Notes: a model not told the origin generated them from the sequence alone. Positions 39,600-54,005 are shown, counted from the stretch's first letter. The stretch: 64,000 nt of DNA from Azolla caroliniana (GCA_043228905.1 JBHGNT010000004.1:24924001-24988000); one strand, 5' to 3'. Numbers and translations are program-made.

Positions 39600-42381
39600 T
39601 TTGCATCCCTCATTTCGACTTCAGTTTTCTCTCTTTCTCAAGTTTGATATCAGAAACTTTGGCACATGCTGTAGGATGCAAACAAATTTGGAAATGTAAA
39701 ATTGAAAATGTGCTCCAGCCTCATGAACGCCCAATATAGGTTGCTGCGTCCATGTGAATATATGTTATCTCAAATGTTCTGCAAACCGATAAATGTCTCA
39801 TTTAGATAAGGGAGAGCTAAAACGATGTCCTTAACATTTGGACCATATGTAAAACTGATGATAAAATCATGATTATTTTTCTTTCCTGCTCTCCCCACCT
39901 TCATTATATCTGTAGACTGTTGTTACTCCAACAGGAATCTTTGTTGGTTGATACAAGCGTCCATTTCTTGGTCCCAGCCACTTTGGAGTCTTGTGACTCT
40001 TGAAGGTTCATAAAAAAAATCTTCCAGTTGATTGGTTAATCTTATCACTTTCTTCTTTTTCCCAACACATTGGATTTGAGAAATGAAAGGACATCAAAGG
40101 TCACCAAGAAGTTATTTGCCATTGGTGTACAACAGCACATTGTTGTACCCTGAGAAAGGTTCCTGTTTTAGTTTTTCAGAGCTACTATATGACACTAATC
40201 TGTGATGCACCTAGGTCTAAGTAAGAATGTTGGTGCTGTGTTTTTACTTGAATGACAACACACGTGATCCCTTTAACTCCATCTAAGCTCAAAGAGTCGA
40301 TAAAACTTTACTTTTTGGCATACTTGTAAACCTACTTGATTTTCAATAATCTCAATGATTAATTTGTTCCAGCTTAACATTTTGGATGTTTGAAACTGAA
40401 GACAGGTAGAGTGCTGAGAGCCATCTTACTGTATGGATGTCTATTAATGCCTAACTCAGAAGATGTTATACATGCTTCGAAGAGAGTGAGAAACAATTAA
40501 AGAACTATCAAAAGACTGATGTTTGGAATGTGGAAATTTCATTCCCAAATCTGAGTGCAATGAGTTTTTTGACATGTTGAATGATTGGCATTTTTGTGTG
40601 TAGGATGTTTGTTATAGTATTCACAAATGTTTGTTCCTACAAGGGATACTATGAATATTTAGCTTGGATGGGGTTTCTATCTACTCATGAATTGGGGGGG
40701 ATTGTTTACCTCTCCATGTGTTGGCTTGGTGTCGACTTTAGGTTTATTTTATGAATTGTTGGAAGCTTTTGGTTCTTCACTAGCATTTTTGAGCTGTCTA
40801 ACAATCGTATTGAGGGGAGAGACTTTGACCTCTTTGTTACCTTTCCATTCCAATTGATCCATCACACATATTCCCCATACTTATTGCATTAGAAACAATA
40901 ATCGATTAGTATTTTTCCACATTTCTTTGCACAAATGACTTCACCAAAATGAGTGCAAACCATATAGAAATCATTCTGACACATCTTTCTAGTAACATCC
41001 TAGTGTAAATGATTGTAAGTTCCAACTTTCTTGAACTTAAGGTTGCTTTACATATTTGATGTTCTCCTTAAGAGTAGACATCAATAATATGGAGATTGTC
41101 ATGAGGTTGCCTTTGTTGGATGGTTCATTACTTTATTCAACAAACCTTGAACAACTTGAATTAGAATAAGTTCGGTAGGCCATTAAGATGAAACACAACC
41201 ATTTAGTTGCATTGAGTTACATTGAAGAGTTCTATATACATCTTAACCTTCACACATACCTAGGATTTATCACTACTGCTTCTGCGTGTCAATAGGGTTG
41301 GCTTTGTGACTCCTCAATGCTCATGAATAATATGCCATAAACCGCATGTTTGGAGTTGGTGGTGTAGCTTGTGAGTTGTTTGTCATTAGCCATAATCATT
41401 TTTCTTCTTATGACAACATGCCTTCATATATCCAAGCTTCCTACAATACCAATATTCAATGCTATTTTGGAGGTATCTTCCTTTATAGAATCTCCCCCTT
41501 CCTTTGGGGCTGATGCTTTTGAAACGACTTTTCATGTCTTGCTTGTTGTTCACATCAATAGATCTTCTTCCCTTTTGATGACCTCGACTGCCATGTAAAC
41601 TTCCTCAACCACAAGTGACGTTCGTGTGGGAGAAGAACATTTTGCTTTACTACTGAGCTACAACCAATGACATCATTGGAGGTTGAGAAAACTATGGTTA
41701 TGTGTCCCTTGTCATGATTGTGGTTCGATTCAAACCAAGGCACTATTATAGGCCACCAAGGCATACTTGCATCATCTCTTCCTCAAGAGTGTACATTGAC
41801 GGTGGCAAGAGATTCCAATGACAACTAGAATTGAAACCCACAAGCAAACCACACATAATGTATGCACAAAACAATGCAATGTAGCACACAATACACATAA
41901 CATACAAAGTGATATGACACTACACACTACAATTTGAGCAATATAGGATACAACACAACACAATATGATACAACACAATACAATGTTGTATTGTGCGATG
42001 CGAAAGCAAGTTGAGGCACAACATGAGATAGATAGGGCAAGGCCATGAGGATGCTACTAAGTACTATACAACATGAAATGTTTCAAGCTATGTGAGCCTA
42101 TGACCAATACAAGAGACTGATAGGATACCTAATATGCCTTTTTTCTTCATTTTAGTCTCTCTCTCTGGCTACATATATACTATACTAACTTTCGAAGTTT
42201 CAATTGTGATTGACATGTGGTTCAATCTCTATACAATATAGGCCATAGTCATTTTTTGAAATTTCATTCTTTATTTATTTTTCCAACTTATAAATCCAAT
42301 CCAACTTTAGAGATGATTTACCATACACGTTTGATTGAATCACTCTCGAATGCGAATGCACGTATGGTTCATTCTATGTAT

Positions 42382-42412
<31 letters not shown>

Positions 42413-42459
42413 AACATGGCCATTTCAATGGAAAGAAGCTAAAAGAAAGAGACAGAGCA

Positions 42460-42474
42460 AAGAAGAAGCAGACA

Positions 42475-42505
<31 letters not shown>

Positions 42506-42524
42506 AGAAGAAGAAGAAAAGAGG
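42460..42524. repeat. (GAA)n tract abutting the TRM9 start codon
   Basis: About 12 perfect GAA units plus degenerate flanks. Confidence 0.9.
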
Positions 42525-44999
42525 ATGACGGAGAAGAAGAAGAGCATTTGGGAGACCCCTGTAATCGAGAAGAAGTATGTGCATGGAGTATATGATGCCA
42601 TAGCTCCTCATTTCAGCTCCACAAGGTTTGCAAAATGGCCCAAAGTCTCTCTTTTCTTAGAGAACCTACCTTCTGGTTCACTCATTCTCGATGCGGGGTG
42701 TGGAAATGGCAAGTATTTGGGTCTAAATCCTAAATGCTTCTTTGTGGGTTGTGACCTAAGCTCCCCGCTTGTCTCTATATGCTCCCAAAGAGAAGGGAAG
42801 CAACATGAAGTAATGGTGGCCGATACCCTTCATTTGCCATATAGAGATGGATTGTTCGATGGTGTTATATCCATAGCTGTGTTGCACCATCTCAGTACTG
42901 AAGAGAGGAGGAGGAAAGCTGTGGAAGAGATGGCTAGAGTGGTCACGAGAGGAGGTAGGATTCTCATAACTGTGTGGGCAGTTGAACAAGAGGACAAGAG
43001 CTTGGTTTGTAAGTGGACACCCTTGAGCTCAAAATATGTTGAGGAAGAGTGGGTCGGTGTTGGTGCATTTGGGTCTCCATCAAGACTCCGGACCAAACAC
43101 CCAGCTGCTTCTTTGCATCGCATAGATGAGCATGGTATTGACATTCGTTGTTTATCAGATCAAGATGCCATTGGGACCAATGCTTTGTTGGATCATGGAA
43201 CTGATCAAATAGAAGAGCAAAATCAACTCAAAACCCATGATTTTTCAACCCCACATGTAATTCATAGTTTTGAAAACCACGGTCAATCAGATCATGGAGT
43301 AATGAACCATTCATCTTGTGTTGGAGAGAAGAATTTATCAGATCCAGGAACAATTCCGGATGTACCAAACCATGGCTTATTGAATTCAATAGCAATGCCT
43401 GGCATAGAAAACCATGCTGTATCGGATCAAGGATTAATGGTGCCAGAGCGTGGGTTACAAAACTGTCATTTGTCCAATCAAGAAGTAATGGAATGTTCCA
43501 AACCAATAGGTAATAAACCTTATACCAATATTTTTGCTTTTTATTAACAGATATCTTGAAAGGTTTTGATTCGAGAACATCTCAAAAAAACTCAAATGTT
43601 AAAGGGGTTTTTTGAATGTCCTGTGTAAATTATGCTGTGTGTATGTTCTTTTTTCCAACATGGATATCAATACCTTCAATTTTAAAAGTTCGAGCACAAT
43701 TGTCAAATATTGGAAGTGCATGTCTCAATATTGAAATTTTTTTAAGTGTGAAGTCTTAAAAAAAATATTAGAGTATCTATAGAGGCTTTGAGACGGTTTG
43801 GAATGCTGCCAGTTCAAATTACTTTTTGTTTATTTAAAAAAGTAAATTATTTTCAAACATTGTTAGATACCATGGAAGCAACCAGTGTAGAGCACCAAGA
43901 CTTTTTTGTTCCCTGGCATCTTCCTTTCCACCGGGCAGAAATTGGAGGAGCCTCTGCTGTTGCAGTTGCCAGTGGGTTTGCAAGGAAAGATGAAAAGAAG
44001 GCAGCAGTTGTGTACAATAGATATTACCATGTTTTTGCAAAGGGAGAATTGGAAAGGTATATATAACTTATCCTTGACTACATATTGACAAGGATAAGAA
44101 TGGTTTAGGCTTCAGGGTTTATTGCTTGTTTGTCCATGTACCATTTGTCACAAGTAGTCCATTTTCATTTTCAAACTTGGTTGTGATAAATGTAAAATCA
44201 TAATTTGGTGATCATTAAAGATCACATCACTTGTACTTTCATGATAGACATGCATGATGGAAATATTGCTCTCCTCACATGAGTCACCACCACAAGAATG
44301 AATCATACGATTATGATTTTGCTCTTTCTGGAAATATGCTTATGTAAAAGAAAAGGTATAAAAATTAATGAAGCTGATGGATGATTTCTATCTCATGAAA
44401 ATACAGTATATAGCCCCAAGGCGTTGAAACTTAAAAATGAGTTCGGTTTATGTGTGTATGTACCTAAGAGTATTGGATGGAAATGTTCAATATTGAACAT
44501 TATCCACGTGGCCATTTGCATGCACAGCTCAAATTCGACTCTTCTTTCATTGTATTCCATGGCCACACAAGCTGTTGAGCTTCATGTCAATCATTCACAA
44601 GTTTTATAGAGCTAAAAAATTGAGTTCTTGGAATACTTTCTATGTCTCACAGATATGTTGTACATGCCTGTTTTTTAATGTTTTCTATTTCAATGATAGA
44701 TAGATATCATGACCTTCAGATTTTGTGGGTTCTCATTGAGGTTTTTCACCTTTGCAACATTCGGATCATTTGAAAAAACGTTTATCTAGAATACTATGTC
44801 ATAAGGACAAAATGATCCAAGTGAAATTGTAAGGTGCCATGACCATTACTAGCTCTATTTCTTTTCCTTCATTCTGAAAGGCATGTATTCTAATCTTGAT
44901 GGTGTTCCTTGCAGGCTTGTATCCAATGTAGATGGTGTTGTCATTGTTGAGGAATTCTATGATAAATCAAATTGGTGTGTGATATTACAAAGAGTTTGA
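42525..44999 (+). CDS. TRM9: tRNA wobble-uridine (mcm5U) methyltransferase TRM9 / ALKBH8 MTase domain, 3 exons
   Basis: Exons 42525-43509, 43867-44056, 44915-44999 (TGA). Motifs EKKYVHGVYDAIAPHFSSTRFAKWPKV, LDAGCGNGKY, ISIAVLHHLST, LITVWAVEQ, QDFFVPWHLP, VYNRYYHVF.KGELE|RL, FYDKSNWCV. Confidence 0.93.
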
Positions 45000-45834
45000 T
45001 GAACCAATAACCTTTGGTTTACAAATCGATTATGTGGGTGGGGCAGTGTATCCTCATTTTTGCTTGTTTACATGGGGATTGGAGAAATTTAAGCTCAAGA
45101 TAAAGGCAACACATGAGTGGCTATACGAGAAGAAGTTTGTGACTGCTTAGATGAGTGAATGATCAAATGAACGGAACACTGTTCTGTACAACTCCCCTCT
45201 TTTTTGCCCCCTTGGATATGCTGCCTGAAATTGTCTGTCAGGCTAGGGTACTGAAATGATAATATCTAAGAACACAGATAATCATTTTTGCGTTTTAATC
45301 ATGATCAAATAAAATTGATTTAGGAGTTTTCAAGTTCGTTGGCAACTGGAGATGACTTTAATGGGACAAATTGTGTTTCAGTTGAAGGAATGATGGGCAA
45401 TTTGTGCTAACTGGGATGGTATTTGTTCAGGCTTTTTGGACTTTTTAACACTTAAGAAGCAGAGGCATGTGATCAGAACAATATCAATGTACAAGGTTTA
45501 GTCCTCATATATGAAAGGCTGAATCCTTTTAGAAAAGGAATTGCGACAGTAATAAGGTGAAAGGTCATGCAACTTTTCAGATCTAACATCAATGGCAAAG
45601 ATTGTGTCAAATGATTGCTGCTTTCACTTTACTTATTAAAATCTTGATTACCACAATATCATGTCTAAATTCTCTTCTTTCTATCTCAATTGATCTACTT
45701 TACAGCCTTAATCCAAAGCTATAATACCAACCACGTTATGAATTGCAAAGAAAAGAATGTGGTAGACATATCATCTTCACTTGACAATTTAGCATAGTAG
45801 CTTTTTACATGGTATATGGGGCTGCAGTATAGTT

Positions 45835-45985
45835 TTATTATCAATCGGCAAGTTTTGGGTTTCATGGATGATGCATCATAATATGGTTTTGTTATATCAC
45901 TGGCAAATTTTGGTTTTTATGGATGACGCATAGTATTGTTTGGTTATTATCATTGGCAAGTTTTGGTTTTTATGGATGATGCATC
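45835..45985. repeat. Three-copy ~55-bp tandem repeat
   Basis: tatca.tggcaa.ttttggtttt.atggatga.gcat three times. Confidence 0.85.
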
Positions 45986-46727
45986 AGAGTCACATGAGAC
46001 AATTCCATTTGTTAATATCCTGTGTTCAAATAGCAGATAGCTGTCATAAATTGTGTAAACAGCCGGAAAAGAAAACTGTTTTATTGTGTTCAAAAGTCCA
46101 TTGGGAGATTGTTTTGGGAATCTAGGTGGATATGCAGGAAGATGGGTAAGAGAGGGTTGTCAAGCTCAGTGAAGGCTTTGTACTCGCATGAACCAGTCTT
46201 TGATGCATATTAAGCATGTCAAGATAGTGTCCTAAGTAATAATATGGATAATCATACATAATTTAATAATTCTAGCAAATGTATATCTGCATTCCATGTG
46301 CTTTGCCTTTGATATTTGCGTAGTATCTGCATGGTATTGCCAACAAAGGAGTAAGGGGCCCAAATTAGGGAAAGAACAAATGAGCTGTGAGTAGATTACT
46401 TTGGAGCAACATTGACAAGATATGGCAAGAAAAGAAGGAAAAGAAAATGTGTGAGAGAAAAAGATGGGAAGGGGGGGGAAGAGAGGAATAGGATGTAGAG
46501 GTTGGAAATCGAGGAAACAACCTTTCAATATCGATGACAATGAAAACCAAATCAATGCCTTGACAGCTTCAAAGATAAATTTGACCTTTAAAATCAACAA
46601 ATTCATACAAATCACTAATTACTATAATGTTTGCTATACAACATATGATCCAGTGACATTTATATTATACAACATACTATAGTTTGACATTTTGAATTCC
46701 ATGCCAAAACTGTAACAAGGAAACAAA

Positions 46728-46925
46728 ATGTGTGCTAACACTACCATTAAAAGGAAGGATTTGGAGATGTAGCTCATGAGGGTTTGGACCCCTTTCCAAT
46801 ATGTAGGTATGGTCATAGAGATTTTAAATGCAACTGTGTACGCTAACATGACCATTAAAGGGAGGAATTTGGAGAGAATGAGAGTTTGGATCCCTTTCCA
46901 ATATGTAGGTAGTCATAAGGATATG
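46728..46925. repeat. Diverged ~105-bp tandem duplication
   Basis: gctaaca..accattaaa.gga.g.atttggaga...gtttgga.ccctttccaatatgtaggta twice. Confidence 0.8.
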
Positions 46926-47344
46926 AAAATCATATGGACATTGTAATAGCCTTCTGTAAGAACTTGAGAGGTTTCTTGATGAAACTTCAAATATGAATAT
47001 GTAACCAACTGACAACAAAGTACAGTAGTATGAGCAACAATAATACAAACCATCATTTTTCTCTATTACAATGAATGTTGAGAAATAATATACAACACTA
47101 GCGAGAGTATGTCCTGACCCCTAAGAACGTTAGATATTGGTTGGATTGGTTTTTGCTTCAATTTTGAAAACAAGCTGTACAGCACGTCTATCTGGTTTAA
47201 ATGGCTGAATACATTTCTTCTTTTCATTTTGATGCCTCCTCATTTTGCATACCACAAAACATGCTAGCTCACTAATGGATTTCCATCAATATGATTGAGA
47301 AAAAAATCATCTTTATCAGCTATACGTTGATTTCATTAATATCA

Positions 47345-50300
47345 TCACTCCCAAAGTCCACTGCCTTTATTCTGTCGACACATGCAATCTGGAGCAGGAT
47401 ATCGGAAGACTGAATACCGTTCATTACGAGGATATGGAGAACCTTGTCTATCCTTATGAATGAGCCCTACTGATGAAGAGAACTCATTCCAGCTAATTGA
47501 TGCATTTGAGAAAAGTTTGAATAAGGCTGCTTTGTCTGGATGAATAGACTTCCTTGGTCCAAGAAACGTTCTCTGTCCAGTCTGCATTTATGAGCACTCC
47601 AATCAATCAGAATTAAGAACATAGAAAAACATGAAGCCGAAGAAACAAAATTTCAGTGAATTACTTACTAGAACATTTGGGAAATTTCCAGCAGAATTGG
47701 ATAAGAATGTGTCACTATGTAGTAAAACCATAAAATCCAAAGCAGCGAGCCTGTGAGAAGATGGGAGAAACCATTGCAGCTCCTCCTTTGAAGCTAGGGT
47801 TTCTTTAGTTTCAAAGTGGGGAAACATCTGTTGTAAAGGCCTTACTCTTGCTCTCCCACCATAGGAATCCTAAATAAACATGTTTGACAGTTAACTAATC
47901 CAATCATCAATATCATGATTCAGAGCCCATACATTAAAATCCCATTTCATGAAATCAAAACAGTACAAAAGTACCTTCCCAGCCACATAAATTGGGGTTG
48001 TATTTCTGAATCCTAAACCACAGAGTAATAGACCAACCTCCTCTGGTGTTAAAGGACAGCTACCATTTTGCCTCAGATATTCTGAACTATAGGCAGCCTT
48101 CGGTACAATGTTTCTATAACAAAAAGAAAACCCATATTGTAATGTCTGTAACTACCCCTTTTTGTCAATATATTATTATAATACCAAACTTCACCTGAAA
48201 ATCTTACGACGATATGATGCAAGCGCTTGTTGCTCAGCTCTCCCGCCACCATAGTAACATGCTGAGTGTGCGATCATATCCTTCTCAAATCTCAAATGCA
48301 AACCGAGGAAATATCCAGCCTCTTTCTTCCCAGTTATCGAAGTTTTGTTGGGATATTCTGATGCTGATTTCATGAAAAACTCTTTCTGCAGGTATCTTTC
48401 TTTAGATTTTATGCGGTTGACCAGCTCAAGGCTAAAGTCAAGGATAGGCTTCACAAACCTCAGTGCATGGAAATTGGTTTTACATCTTAATCTTGTAGCC
48501 TCATTAGGCAGCCCTTCAAATGAGAGTTTATGGTGAAATCTATCTAAGGCAACAACACCCTGGCTGAAAATTGAAGCAAAATAATGATTAGGAACTTTGA
48601 GAGTAGTGCAGAACTCTAGAAAAAGATGCCTTACTCTCGAATAGCAAGCAAAACTTGTTATATCATAGATATAACATCATAGTTTACCATATGAAGAACT
48701 TCCAGACAAAACCAAGAAATATAATTGTTCATGCAATAATATAGTTGGACAAAAGGACACCAGCAAATAGTAAAGTATGTCAGTGATGTTTAAAAGCAAA
48801 AAACCTTATTTCCAATGTAGGTTTACCTTTGCAAAACAGGCAGAACATTTTCAAAGTACCACTCCTTTCTTGCATGCTTTGGGATAAAAAAAAAACAGTT
48901 AGGCCTCTCCAAACATTTGTTTTCGTAATATTCAGGTGTACTCCATCCATAATGAGGTGGCAATTGGCGGACAATACGGATATCGTCTTTTAATGATGAC
49001 ATGAAGTGGTCAATATCATATATGTCTTCGAAGTAACTGTTTGCAAGGAATCTGAGTTAGCTCCCACTCTCTCATTCTCATTCTCACACACACACTCTCT
49101 CTCTTACACACAGTATCCATACATACATATATATGTGTGTGATTTTACACATGGTAGTATTTTTACTCTTATATTATTAGTAGTTCGCTTGCAGTCAACT
49201 CTAAGAACATTGGCATTTTTCAGTTCCATTACAGAAAAAATGTTGGATTCTGAATAAAATTCCTATTCATCATAGAATACCACTTCAACAGAGTTGAACG
49301 TGAACTCTATATTGAATAAATAGGAGTGAATGTCCATATTGTGCTTTTATATTTCTGGAGAAATCTAAGGATGGTTTTCTCTATATGTGATTCTATATCC
49401 TCATATGGAAATTAGACAATCAGAAGTTTTCCAAAAACATACCTATTTAATAAATCTATATATCTCTTTCAGGTAGCAGGGAAAACTACTCGTGACATGC
49501 ATACAATTAACTTACAAATAATCTATTGATATGCTCCAGTATTCCACACCTCGTGTCTTTCCACACAACATGCTCTCGAAAGTGAGGTACCACTAGAAAT
49601 GCATTTAGCAGCCATGCTACTGCCACTGCATTACAAATCTGCACATTCCAATCATAAGAGGTTATACTCATTTAAAACACTCGTTACAATAAGACACTGA
49701 ATCTTTCTTGAAACTTACACATATGTGAAGCTGGAATAAACCTCCTGTGCAGAAGACCTGAATGTATCTTGCTTCCCCATCCTTGTTTTCCTGGAAGGGG
49801 ATCAATGATTAGGCCTCTATTGTGATAAAAAATAAAATCAAGTCACTGGGTGATCACATCAGGGAGCATATGAAAGTTGAAGTAGGCTCATTACATATCA
49901 GTAGCCAAACATTCATCAACATCTCAAATTAGCCTATTTTGAACTATTAAAAAACCCACAATTATATTTTAATGTTTTAAATAGAAAAAAAATATATCCC
50001 TCAAATAAGGTATTAAATTTTTCACTAGAATATGTCTATTACACCCCAAGAATACAAAGTGAGAGCAAGCATTACAATTCTGCGCTTCTATAGTACATTT
50101 CGTAGGACTAATTATTAGAAAGTACAGGACAAACAATATGGATAGACTCTGTTGTTCACAAACATGTATTCGTTGTACATTCTACACATACATAGCATCT
50201 TTGCTTCCTTCCTTACTGGTGAGTGCATAGCCAACTGTTCTTTTCAAATACTTTGAATGTCATGATGATGCACTCAGCAACTCTTCTCTGATATTTAATA

Positions 50301-53300
50301 GTACAAGCCTGGCAGACTACATATAGATACAGGTATTGAAGAGTACAATTCACCCTCAAAACAAAGGAACTGTACATATCACATTAAAATCTATCAAAGC
50401 TAATATAATATTTATCTCAAGTTCAATGTTTAAAATTGTTAAGACAAGTTTTAAGCATGTTTTCATCTATAAACAAAAAACATGATGAAAGTTAAAAAAC
50501 AAATAAACAAGAATCAACCAGGTAAAAACATGTCAACTATGATTATGGAAGCAAAAACAATGAAAATTGTACAGTCAATGAATGGAAGCTCATAACTCAT
50601 GTCAAAGCTCCCCTGACAAAGTAAAGTGTCATATTTACACTGAACAACAAATCAGCAGATAAGTTTTAAGCATGTTTTCATCGATAAACAAACATGATCA
50701 AAACTAAAAAACTAACTAAACAAGAATCAACCAAGTAAAAAATATAGCCTCTGATTATGGAAGCAAAAGAAACGAAAATAGCATACAGTCAATGAATGGG
50801 AGCTTGTAACTCTTGTTAAAATTCCTCTCACAATGTAAATGGGCTCCATCCCATGGACAAGTGTCATATTTACATTTCAATTAAATGGAATTTCCTGAAT
50901 CCCTCACCTTTTCTAAGACACTCCCATTCTAAAACGCTTAATCTGAGCCATTTTCCCCCAAAAGTTTGGAACTACACAGATTTTAAAAATTTAAGATGCT
51001 GCAAAATGTGAAGGCTCTGAAATAGTTAAATCGGCCTATGATAAATCTATTAGGAAAAGGGGAGCCAAGTCCACGCTCATAAATCCAACTTCTCCAAAGA
51101 CTTCTCCAAAAATAAATGCAGAACATCACTACAGTAAACATGTGAAGGTATGTGAACATTGAATGCATGATCTAGATAATTTAGTAATGAACAAGGTTCA
51201 CTTACAATGTTCTTTTGTTTTTTCTGTAAGCATGGTTTCCAGCCATAGGACTTCGGTAGATCCCATAGACCAATAGGTTCTGTGTCATTCTGAATGTAAA
51301 ACATAAACAATAAGCATTTCGTTCCAACAGAATAGAGGTTGAAAAGAAAAAGATATATAACAAAGCTAGAAGGACCTGGTCTAGAAAGTGCTTCATTTCC
51401 TGCACAAGATGGATATACTCAGATCCTGGAGGAATGTACTCCTGTATAGAATTAAGAACTTGAAATTAGTAAGTAGCCAAAAAAGATTTAACCCTCTGCC
51501 TTCTCTAAAAACACATTCTATTGCAATTCCTATACATTGTATCTTAGCTCGCTCTAGTAGATTATCTGTCTCTACCTTATCACCCATATTGAAGTGATAG
51601 GTCTATCCCTATATATTGTACTCAAAGCCTTGTCTCTAGCTCGAGGATCCATACTATTTTTCTCTCTTCAGCCTTTCATCTGAAAATAGTATCATATACT
51701 ACCAAATTGTACCTTTATCTCATAGGTCAGTTTGACCTTTTCCTCTCTTAGACTCAGCATGAATATGCCGAGGAATAGTATGACATTCCCAAGCCAGACC
51801 ACATACCGAGCACTCCAAGCTCCTCAGAGGAAGTTGAGCCAATAAGTGGAGAGTATACTGTTGTTTTGTGTATTACCAGAAGTCTTTTAAGACAGCATCA
51901 CACACTTCGCTTTTCAAGAAATTAGAAGTCTCTCGGACTCCAGGAAGTATACAATGGGGATCTACTCCCTTTGTGAATCGGTGTCAGGATAAGTGGGGCT
52001 CCTTAATGGGTTGTCAGAGGTCATGACTATTATGATTGGAGCAAAACAAGGATCACCACTCTCCTTGGTCTTTATTTCAATGAGGTTTCTAATAGCACAG
52101 AGAGATCAACATCATATCTTTCAACGGCAGAAATTTCGTTCCATGTAAGCTCACAACTTATATTCTTCATCAACATTTTTTCTCAAGAGTGTGGAATCTC
52201 TATGTGTGCACACTTAGCCAAATGCTAGAGGGATAGACAGAGTAGCTTACTCAGTTTTACTAATTTATTTACATCAATTTTCGTTGGTTGTTCCCCATGA
52301 TGAAACAATAATTTCAAATGCTCTTTTTTGTGAAAACACACAATCATATTAATTGTATGTAAAAAAACCACGACACTGATCTCTCTCTCTCTCTACAATA
52401 AACTACAAAGAGTTCAAGACCAAGAGACCATATGGATCCATGTGGGCTCATGTACACCTACAAGACCATTTGGCAAAGGTGCCAACATGTGATTAGAATA
52501 TGGTGGTGAACCAAAACAAATATTCGGACCTCCTCATGCAATTATAACCCTGAAGTTTCCAACATCAAAAACTGCCAAAGCAAACTACCTTTCAATTGGC
52601 TAATATTTCTTTGCACTCCTGCTTGTGCGTCAGATATAAATGTATTCTGCATCCTTCAAACATGCCATAAGCCCCAGTACATCAAGAAATGAAACACTAT
52701 CTGAAAATGTGGAAGGACACACAGGTTCAAGATTTGGAAAAACCCATTGAAAAGCAGTTTTTCAAACCCTGCAATAGAAACCCATACTACACATATGCAT
52801 GTCCAAATAGATTGAGACATTGGACAAGTGATCAAACAATGTGTGCTATGTTCTAATGGTACCATGCAAAAGACACAAATTTAAAAGCATCATTCCTCTT
52901 CCTAAGAGCATCTCCAACAGGTAATCCCCTAACCATAACCCTCGAAATGAAAAACTTCAGCATAAATGGAAGACAGGAATGCCACCCCATCTCCTCACAC
53001 ATTGCCAGCACATGATGGAATTTGGAATTTCCCATCCTCTCACAAGCCTCTCCACCATCCACTCATGCGTATAGATTAATTTGTGATAGACACCATTTCC
53101 TTCGACTTTGGCAAGGGTCTTATGTCCTGCAAATCATCCTCATGTGAAGAATCAAGGAAACGAGAGATCAGACTTTGCAGCGTAGACAATCCTTGAATCT
53201 TTGACCAAACAAGTCTGTAACCCAAATCTAGCTCTGGGCATAGAAAATGCCAATCCCTTTCATCTGATGAAATTGAATTTCAAACGCTCTCTCTCATCAT

Positions 53301-53871
53301 TGACATCACCATCGTCAATGCCATGTATCACCATCATAAACGAAATGCATCATCACATTTATTTTCCTGCTTTACTTGTACTACCTTTCATCATTTATGA
53401 GTCGTTGATTAAGCCACATTCAGAACCTCCAGTAGAGATTAATCTACATTCTTGTTGTCTTGCTTGCTTTCTTTCTCATATCCACATATCACATACCACG
53501 TGACCACATTCCAGATCCAACATACCACATGGTCATATACACATCCAAGCACAAAGTGTTAAAGAATGAAGATGCATTACCGTGAAGAGGCGATCGGTCC
53601 ACATGTGCTTGACAGAAGTGACGGGAGCATAGCTGAGTTGGAGGCCCGAGAGCGCAACAGTGACGAACCCGAAGGCCCAAACGAAGACAGACGATGCCAG
53701 AGACGACGACGACAAAGAAGAAGAATCAAACCGATGGGGAGGAGAAGAAGAAGTGGTGGTAGAAAGCGGAGTGAGAGGGGAAGATGGAGGAGAAGCTATG
53801 GAGTCATCTCCTCCTCCTCCTCCTCTGAGAGGCCATGTCTTGAGCTTGAGACTGCGACTGCGACCCATCAT
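47345..53871 (-). CDS. GT106 / plant 'O-fucosyltransferase' family glycosyltransferase (type II membrane), divergent; 9 coding exons
   Basis: Exons 53871-53581, 51289-51206, 49790-49719, 49638-49550, 49036-48827, 48563-48195, 48113-47975, 47869-47669, 47581-47345. Motifs [81 protein letters not shown]...SD.F, PDCMC. N-terminal TM segment. Confidence 0.9.
50442..50876. repeat. ~215-bp tandem duplication in GT106 intron 2
   Basis: aagttttaagcatgttttcatc...aaacaagaatcaacca...gattatggaagcaaaa...acagtcaatgaatgg...gtgtcatatttaca occurs at ~50442-50640 and ~50657-50876. Confidence 0.88.
51955..52090 (+). mobile_element. Short LINE reverse-transcriptase relic
   Basis: [33 protein letters not shown] resembles the LINE RT motif GVKQGCPLSP. 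Confidence 0.55.
52650..53100 (-). mobile_element. Degenerate L1-type LINE ORF2 3' region (zf-RVT) in GT106 intron 1
   Basis: [18 protein letters not shown], then frameshifted [23 protein letters not shown], typical of the zf-RVT motif. Confidence 0.65.
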
Positions 53872-54005
53872 AGCTCGCTGAATGGAGATGTGGTCAGAGT
53901 CATTCTCAAAATTCCTGCTATATAGTGAGCAGATGCCCTCCTGCCCTGCCCCTGCCTCTCCGCGGTGGGTGTGAATCGAACCTCGAACCTCCTGTTTATG
54001 GGCTC

